A stretch of DNA of 11,955 nucleotides from Abditibacteriaceae bacterium (GTDB lineage Bacteria > Armatimonadota > Abditibacteriia > Abditibacteriales > Abditibacteriaceae). The DNA lies in assembly GCA_031425655.1 (NCBI GenBank), contig JANPJS010000003.1, positions 1-11,955 on the forward strand. Direction: 5' to 3'. The notes under the pieces were generated by a model. That model did not search any database. It was not told where the DNA came from and was given only the letters and a program-made list of their open reading frames with translations. This document shows positions 7,891-11,955 of the stretch, piece after piece; position 1 is the first letter of the stretch; the number at the start of each line of letters is the position of its first letter. The position numbers and the translations under genes were made by a program.

Positions 7891-8170
7891 CGGCGGTTCC
7901 CTTGCGTTTTTTGCGATGCGATTCTGGGCTTTCTTCCCATTCCGGCCACGTTTGCGCCGCTACCGGCCCGGCAGCGGCGGCAAAGTTCGCCGTGTCGGAC
8001 GACAGCAAGCGATAGCCTTCTGCTGCCGCTTCATCGCGGCTGCGGCGGATTTCGTCCTCAATCAACTCCGCCAAATAGCGACTGGCCGGCTTTTGCAACT
8101 CCGCCGTGCGACGGCGTAATTTTTCGGCTACCGCACCATCAAGTGAAATATTCAATTTTACTACGGGCAT
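7883..8170 (-). CDS. Ribbon-helix-helix (CopG/NdoAI-like) antitoxin
   Basis: 95 aa. The N-terminal KLNISLD...SRYLAELIEDEI fits a RHH fold. AAEGY resembles the NdoAI/MazE motif. GAGGTG RBS. Located directly upstream of and overlapping mazF. Confidence 0.88.
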   Translation of the reverse strand: MPVVKLNISLDGAVAEKLRRRTAELQKPASRYLAELIEDEIRRSRDEAAAEGYRLLSSDTANFAAAAGPVAAQTWPEWEESPESHRKKRKGTADA

Positions 8171-8183
8171 AATTCACCTCTCG

Positions 8184-8216
8184 ACACAGTGTGGTGCCTT
8201 ATCTGTGTGGCGTCAA
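8184..8216 (-). promoter_or_regulatory. Putative TA promoter: -35 TTGACG (8216-8211), 17-nt spacer, -10 CACACT (8193-8188), overlapped by CCACAC repeats (putative operator)
   Basis: The minus strand reads TTGACG-CCACACAGATAAGGCAC-CACACT-GTGTCGAGAGGTGAATT-ATG. Confidence 0.6.
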
Positions 8217-8250
8217 GTTCTCTCCTTATAGTAAAGAACTAACAGCGCTA

Positions 8251-8660
8251 TCAATTCAACTTACTCGCTACCGTCAGCACGCGCGGCGGCGCCGAGATTG
8301 TGCCGATAGGCGCGCCGTCCTTGAAAACCGTCGCAGTTTGCGATTGCGCCGTCGGGTTGAAAACGAGGTAATTCCAAACCTTCGTGCGCGGATTGAAATA
8401 AACGCGCGATAGCGGCAGGCTCAGGTGATAATTCCACTGAATCTCGCCTAAAGTGGTTGGATGCCGCTTTTTTTGGTGTGTTTTTCCTGCATAGTCAGCA
8501 TAGTTCCGAGGCTCTTTTTCGCCCACGCCGGGTCGCGCGCTAAATACGCCAACGCCGGCGACATCGGCAGCCATTGAATCGCGTAAACCCAAGCCGGGTC
8601 GCCGCTGAAATACGTCCCAAAAAGCTGGCCCCCGCTCCACACCATGCCGACAATCGGCGG
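8251..8660 (-). pseudogene. C-terminal remnant of a GH81-like endo-beta-1,3-glucanase (copy 1), with an internal deletion/frameshift near 8460-8490
   Basis: IVGMVWSGGQLFGTYFSGDPAWVYAIQWLPMSP resembles the conserved GH81 GMVW...T(W/Y)FS...IQxLP segment. A second frame continues TLGEIQWNYHLSLPLSRVYFNP...YLVFNPTAQSQTATVFKDG to the stop at 8251. Confidence 0.75.
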
Positions 8661-8678
8661 TTTGCGCGTGCCGCTGTT

Positions 8679-8852
8679 TTACAGCTTTAGCACTTCACGA
8701 TAGGTGCCGGAATCAACTTCCACGACATCGCCGGCTTTGAGTTGCGGCGCAAGGTTTTGGAGGCTTTTCAAGTCGCGCCCCGGCCCAATTTGATAAGTTT
8801 TGGCGACAGCAGGTAAAGCGAGGCACAGGAGAACCAGAAGTAGAGAGCGCAT
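8679..8852 (-). pseudogene. 5' fragment (57 codons) of the same secreted beta-helix-type gene (second copy), fused in frame to the GH81 remnant
   Basis: MRSLLLVLLCLALPAVAKTYQIGPGRDLKSLQNLAPQLKAGDVVEVDSGTYREVLKL*. About 80% nt identity to 7311-7460 by hand alignment (28 mismatches and a 2-nt gap in 152). Confidence 0.85.
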
Positions 8853-8896
8853 GGCGCCAGTTTAAAGCAAATTGTTAATGCTTTGATGAGGCGCAT

Positions 8897-8951
8897 CGTC
8901 AAAAGACAACGCCGAGCATCATATTCGGATGCTCGGCGTTGTCTTTTGACG
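8897..8951. terminator. Perfect 24-bp inverted repeat with a 7-nt loop downstream of the TolB-like gene; probable terminator or mRNA-stabilising hairpin
   Basis: CGTCAAAAGACAACGCCGAGCATC (8897-8920) / GATGCTCGGCGTTGTCTTTTGACG (8928-8951), 14 nt beyond the stop at 8966. Confidence 0.7.
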
Positions 8952-8965
8952 GTATTTGATGCACC

Positions 8966-11176
8966 TTAACGCGCCGTCGTTGTGCCGGTGCCATCTGGCA
9001 AAGCATTGCCTTGCCCATCTTGTAACCCATTCCAATTCACCGAAACAATCGCCCCCGACTTCATCGCGCCGTCCGGTAGCAGCAGCGTCACCGCGGAAGC
9101 GTTGCCGGACAACGCTGCGCTTTCCACCTGCACCGCTTTGCCATCCACGCTCACACTGAAGCGGGAGGCGTCTGCCGCCGATGCTGCCAGAGCGCCACTG
9201 AAAGTGAGGCGAATGGCTCCGCCGGAGGCATCCGCTTCGGCGCTCGACAAGAACACCGCCGAACTCAAAGCAACGCTATTCGCCGCGACCGGCGGCACGG
9301 TGCCCGGCGCCCACGACGGCATAGTGTCAGTGCTAAAGTTTTGGGTCAGTTGCAGAGTTGGAACTAACTGTTCGCCCAGCACACCTGTGATACAGATTTC
9401 GTTATCTCCGCCGCCGCGCGTAGAAGTGAAAGCGAGGCGCGTTCCGTCGGGACTGAAACATGGCAGAACGTCCGTTACGCTACTATAGGTCACACGCTGC
9501 TGCGCGCTGCCATCGCCACGCATCACGTAAATCTCATATTGGCCCGCTATGCGGTTCGACTGGAATGCGATGAGGTTGCCGTTAGCGCTCCAACTGGGCT
9601 TGTTGTCAAGGCCACCGCTTGTGGTCAATCGCTTTTGATTGCTGCCGTCACTGTTCATCACGTAGATGTCATCGTTGTTGTCACGCCGCGAGTGAAAAAC
9701 GATCTTAGTGCCATCGGAATTGAAGCTGGGATGGTCATCTATAAGGGTGTTGTTCGTCAGGCGCTGCACGCTGGAGCCATTGCTGTTCATCAGGTAAATT
9801 TCCGAGTTGCCGTCGCGCGTCGAGACGAATATGATGCGGCTGCCGTCCGGCGAGAATTGCGGTTCGGAATCGCTGGCCGGATTATTAGTCAAGCGTTGCG
9901 GGTTAGTGCCGGCGGCGCTCATCACGTAGATTTCGCGGTTACCGTCGCGGCTCGACGAAAACACAATGCGACTGCCGTCGCGCGAAAAGTGAGGCGTATC
10001 GTCCGCCGCCGGGTTGGTGGTCAGACGCGTCTGGTTCGAGCCATCGGCGTTCATGACGTAAATCTCACTATTGGCATCGCGGGTGGCGGTGAAGGCAATT
10101 TTGCCGGTGAGCGGGCCGGGCGGAGGTAAGGTCGGCGTGGGCGTGGGCATTGCTGTTGGCGTGGGCGTAGGTATAGGTGTAGGTTTCGGCGTCGGGGTCG
10201 GATTCGGATTCGTAACGGAACCAAGGCTCCAGGAAGGGAAGTTATCCATCGCCAAATTATTAGTGAGACGCGTTTGGTTGGAGCCATCGGCATTCATCAC
10301 ATAAATCTCATCGTTGCCGTTCCGGTCGGTATTAAAGGCGATTTTGCTTCCATCCGGGCTGAAGACGGGACGGTTATCTACCCCTGGGTTGTTAGTGATG
10401 CGGGTTTGGTTGCTGCCATCAGCGTTCATCACGTAAACCTCAAGATTGCCGTCCCGGTCGGAACGGAACGCGATTTTGCTGCCGTCCGGGCTAAAAGAGG
10501 GTTGAGCGTCAAACCCCGTGTTATTAGTAAGGCGAGTTACCCCGCTGCCATTGGCATTCATCACATAAATGGACTGGGTGCTGCCGCTCCGATCCGAGAC
10601 AAAGACAATCTTGCTGCCGTCGGGACTGAAACTGGGATGGAAGTCACTCGCCGGATCGTTGGTAAGACGAGTTTGCCCGCTGCCATCGGCGTTCATCACA
10701 TAAATCTCAGGGTTCCCGTTGCGGTTGGAATTGAAGGCGATTCTGCTGCCTCCCGAATTGAGCGACGCTTCAATATCAGCCGCTGGGTTATTAGTGAGGC
10801 GGGTTTGCCCACTGCCATCAGCGTTCATCACGTAAATCTCGCCGTTGCCATCGCGGTCAGAACTGAACGCAATGCGAGAGCCGCTCCTGTTGGTTGAGGG
10901 TCTAATGTCCGGGGCGTTATTGTTGGTGAGGCGGGTTTGCCCGCTACCATCGGCATTCATCACGTAAATCTCGGAGTTGCCATCGCGCCTGCTCGCAAAA
11001 ACGATCTTGCCGGACGATGTTTGGGCCATAGCTGGCCGGATGAATCCGACGGCTTGCGGCGCGGCCCAAAATGCAGATTGTGGTTCAGCGTTGCGCGTGT
11101 CGTGCGGCGCCAGCAATAGAGCCGCGCCTGTAGCAACGGCGGCTGCGGCAATTAGTCGGAGCGTGTTTTTCTGCAT
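8966..11176 (-). CDS. Secreted TolB-like protein: two PD40/WD40-like six-bladed propellers, a Pro-Thr linker and a C-terminal SwmB/Ig-like domain
   Basis: About 44-aa repeats of PSFSPDGSKIAFxSxRDGNxEIYVMNADGSxQTRLTNN in two blocks separated by a PTPTP linker. ATG 11176 (MQKNTLRL, followed by a hydrophobic signal) is preferred over GTG 11206. Confidence 0.92.
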   Translation of the reverse strand: MQKNTLRLIAAAAVATGAALLLAPHDTRNAEPQSAFWAAPQAVGFIRPAMAQTSSGKIVFASRRDGNSEIYVMNADGSGQTRLTNNNAPDIRPSTNRSGSRIAFSSDRDGNGEIYVMNADGSGQTRLTNNPAADIEASLNSGGSRIAFNSNRNGNPEIYVMNADGSGQTRLTNDPASDFHPSFSPDGSKIVFVSDRSGSTQSIYVMNANGSGVTRLTNNTGFDAQPSFSPDGSKIAFRSDRDGNLEVYVMNADGSNQTRITNNPGVDNRPVFSPDGSKIAFNTDRNGNDEIYVMNADGSNQTRLTNNLAMDNFPSWSLGSVTNPNPTPTPKPTPIPTPTPTAMPTPTPTLPPPGPLTGKIAFTATRDANSEIYVMNADGSNQTRLTTNPAADDTPHFSRDGSRIVFSSSRDGNREIYVMSAAGTNPQRLTNNPASDSEPQFSPDGSRIIFVSTRDGNSEIYLMNSNGSSVQRLTNNTLIDDHPSFNSDGTKIVFHSRRDNNDDIYVMNSDGSNQKRLTTSGGLDNKPSWSANGNLIAFQSNRIAGQYEIYVMRGDGSAQQRVTYSSVTDVLPCFSPDGTRLAFTSTRGGGDNEICITGVLGEQLVPTLQLTQNFSTDTMPSWAPGTVPPVAANSVALSSAVFLSSAEADASGGAIRLTFSGALAASAADASRFSVSVDGKAVQVESAALSGNASAVTLLLPDGAMKSGAIVSVNWNGLQDGQGNALPDGTGTTTAR

Positions 11177-11251
11177 GATGTTTCTCTTCAAGACTTTATT
11201 TCTCACTTTAACGGCGCGACTGGCTGTTCATCGGCTTTTCAGTTGGCAATC

Positions 11252-11277
11252 TTAGAACCTATTCAAATAGGCTCTAA
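11252..11277. repeat. 26-bp palindrome TTAGAACCTATT-CA-AATAGGCTCTAA, resembling fused IS5-type ends or an operator
   Basis: 12-bp arms with one mismatch, read directly. Confidence 0.55.
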
Positions 11278-11536
11278 ATCTCACAATGTGAAAAGAAGTG
11301 CCCCGAAACGAAAAAAAGTCGCCCGCGGATGCGGACGGTTTCTTCAAAACGAATTCCAAATTTAACGACGCAACACAATTCTGGCACGACTCGTGGGGCA
11401 TTTCAGGCCCGCTCAACACTGCCGCACCGATTGATAAATCACCAGCGACGTTCGGCAAAAATTGCGGACGGGCAAACATAACGCGAATCATTGTAGTAGC
11501 CGTTGGTTAAGCGCGTCAAGGGCGAATGAAGACCCT

Positions 11537-11750
11537 CTATTTCAACTTCGTCGCCACTGTTAGCACGCGCGGCGACTAATGTTCCGACAGGCGCGCCGTC
11601 TTTATAAACCGTGGCGGTTTGCGATTGCGCCGTCGGGTTGAAAACAAAATAATTCCAAACTTTCGTGCGCGGATTGAAATAAACGCGCGATAGCGGCAGG
11701 CTGAGATGATAATTCCACCGAATTTCGCCTAACGTGCGGTTGGCGTGCGT
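11537..11750 (-). pseudogene. C-terminal remnant of the GH81-like gene (copy 2)
   Basis: Reads THANRTLGEIRWNYHLSLPLSRVYFNPRTKVWNYFVFNPTAQSQTATVYKDGAPVGT, then a 5-nt deletion, then PRVLTVATKLK*. 11582-11736 matches 8301-8455 with 16 mismatches in 155 nt. Confidence 0.85.
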
Positions 11751-11851
11751 CCCAAACCGTAACGGTTGAAGGCAGTCTGTTTGGAAGGAGGCGCCAGCCC
11801 AATGGCATTAAGTTAGTGAAAGAAGAGCGGCTTTGCCGCTCCTGAAAACCC

Positions 11852-11955
11852 CCAACCCCCTTGGTAAGGGGGCTAAATTTATTACGCTGTTGCACAAAGC
11901 CGAGTTTGAGTAGTGCCATAGCGTTTGAATTTAGCCCCCTTACCAAGGGGGTTGG
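11852..11955. repeat. REP-doublet-like long palindrome: perfect inverted arms of at least 28 bp, each containing a CCCCCTT-NNN-AAGGGGG hairpin, with a nested 12-bp imperfect IR; truncated by the window edge
   Basis: CCAACCCCCTTGGTAAGGGGGCTAAATT (11852-11879) / 11928-11955. Inner ACGCTGTTGCAC (11884-11895) / GTGCCATAGCGT (11913-11924). Confidence 0.9.

Noticed and set aside
7408..8172. 254-aa plus-strand ORF
   Set aside because: Antisense shadow of the clearly recognisable antitoxin and mazF genes, with no protein-like features.
8251..8640. 129-aa ORF as an intact gene
   Set aside because: Only its C-terminal about 70 aa are protein-like. The GH81-like upstream part is in another frame (8448-8645), so it is a frameshifted remnant.
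8982..10897. Long plus-strand ORFs (8982-9488, 9539-10129, 10274-10897)
   Set aside because: Antisense shadows of the repetitive TolB-like gene, as expected in GC-rich DNA.
8966..11206. Assigning the symbol tolB
   Set aside because: It lacks the TolB N-terminal domain and tol-pal context, and has two propellers plus an extra domain.
11298..11510. Small ORFs or a riboswitch upstream of the TolB-like gene
   Set aside because: No recognisable protein motif or riboswitch consensus by eye. An Rfam/Infernal scan would be needed to exclude an RNA element.
7305..11750. Integron cassette array or diversity-generating retroelement (TR/VR pair)
   Set aside because: No integrase or reverse transcriptase is present. 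The 8897-8951 hairpin is a perfect IR lacking attC R-box and extrahelical-base features. Differences between the duplicated segments are mostly synonymous and not adenine-specific.
11602..11946. 114-aa minus-strand ORF
   Set aside because: It runs through a palindromic repeat and is out of frame with the GH81 remnant.

Overview
GC-rich bacterial DNA. The gene and repeat style is suggestive of Armatimonadota/Abditibacteriota, but this is inference only. Intact genes: a YihY/BrkB membrane protein, a small AT-richer two-TM hypothetical protein, an orphan STM4013/SEN3800-family sulfatase-like hydrolase, a secreted FG-GAP/VCBS beta-propeller, a secreted 938-aa GxGYxYP-family putative glycoside hydrolase whose inserted CBM4/9-like module appears circularly permuted, a RHH antitoxin-MazF/PemK toxin pair, and a secreted double TolB/PD40 propeller protein. 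The most striking structure is not visible in the ORF track. On the minus strand, the same pair of gene ends occurs twice in tandem: the 3' end of a GH81-like glucanase and the 5' end of a beta-helix-type secreted gene. The two copies are about 90% and about 80% identical by hand alignment. Each pair brackets a different intact cargo: the TolB-like gene in one and the toxin-antitoxin module in the other. Both flanking host genes are destroyed. This looks like two alleles of a variable insertion site stacked as homology-flanked cassettes. The window also holds several families of REP/MITE-like palindromes, one of which forms the C-terminal 26 codons of the FG-GAP gene.
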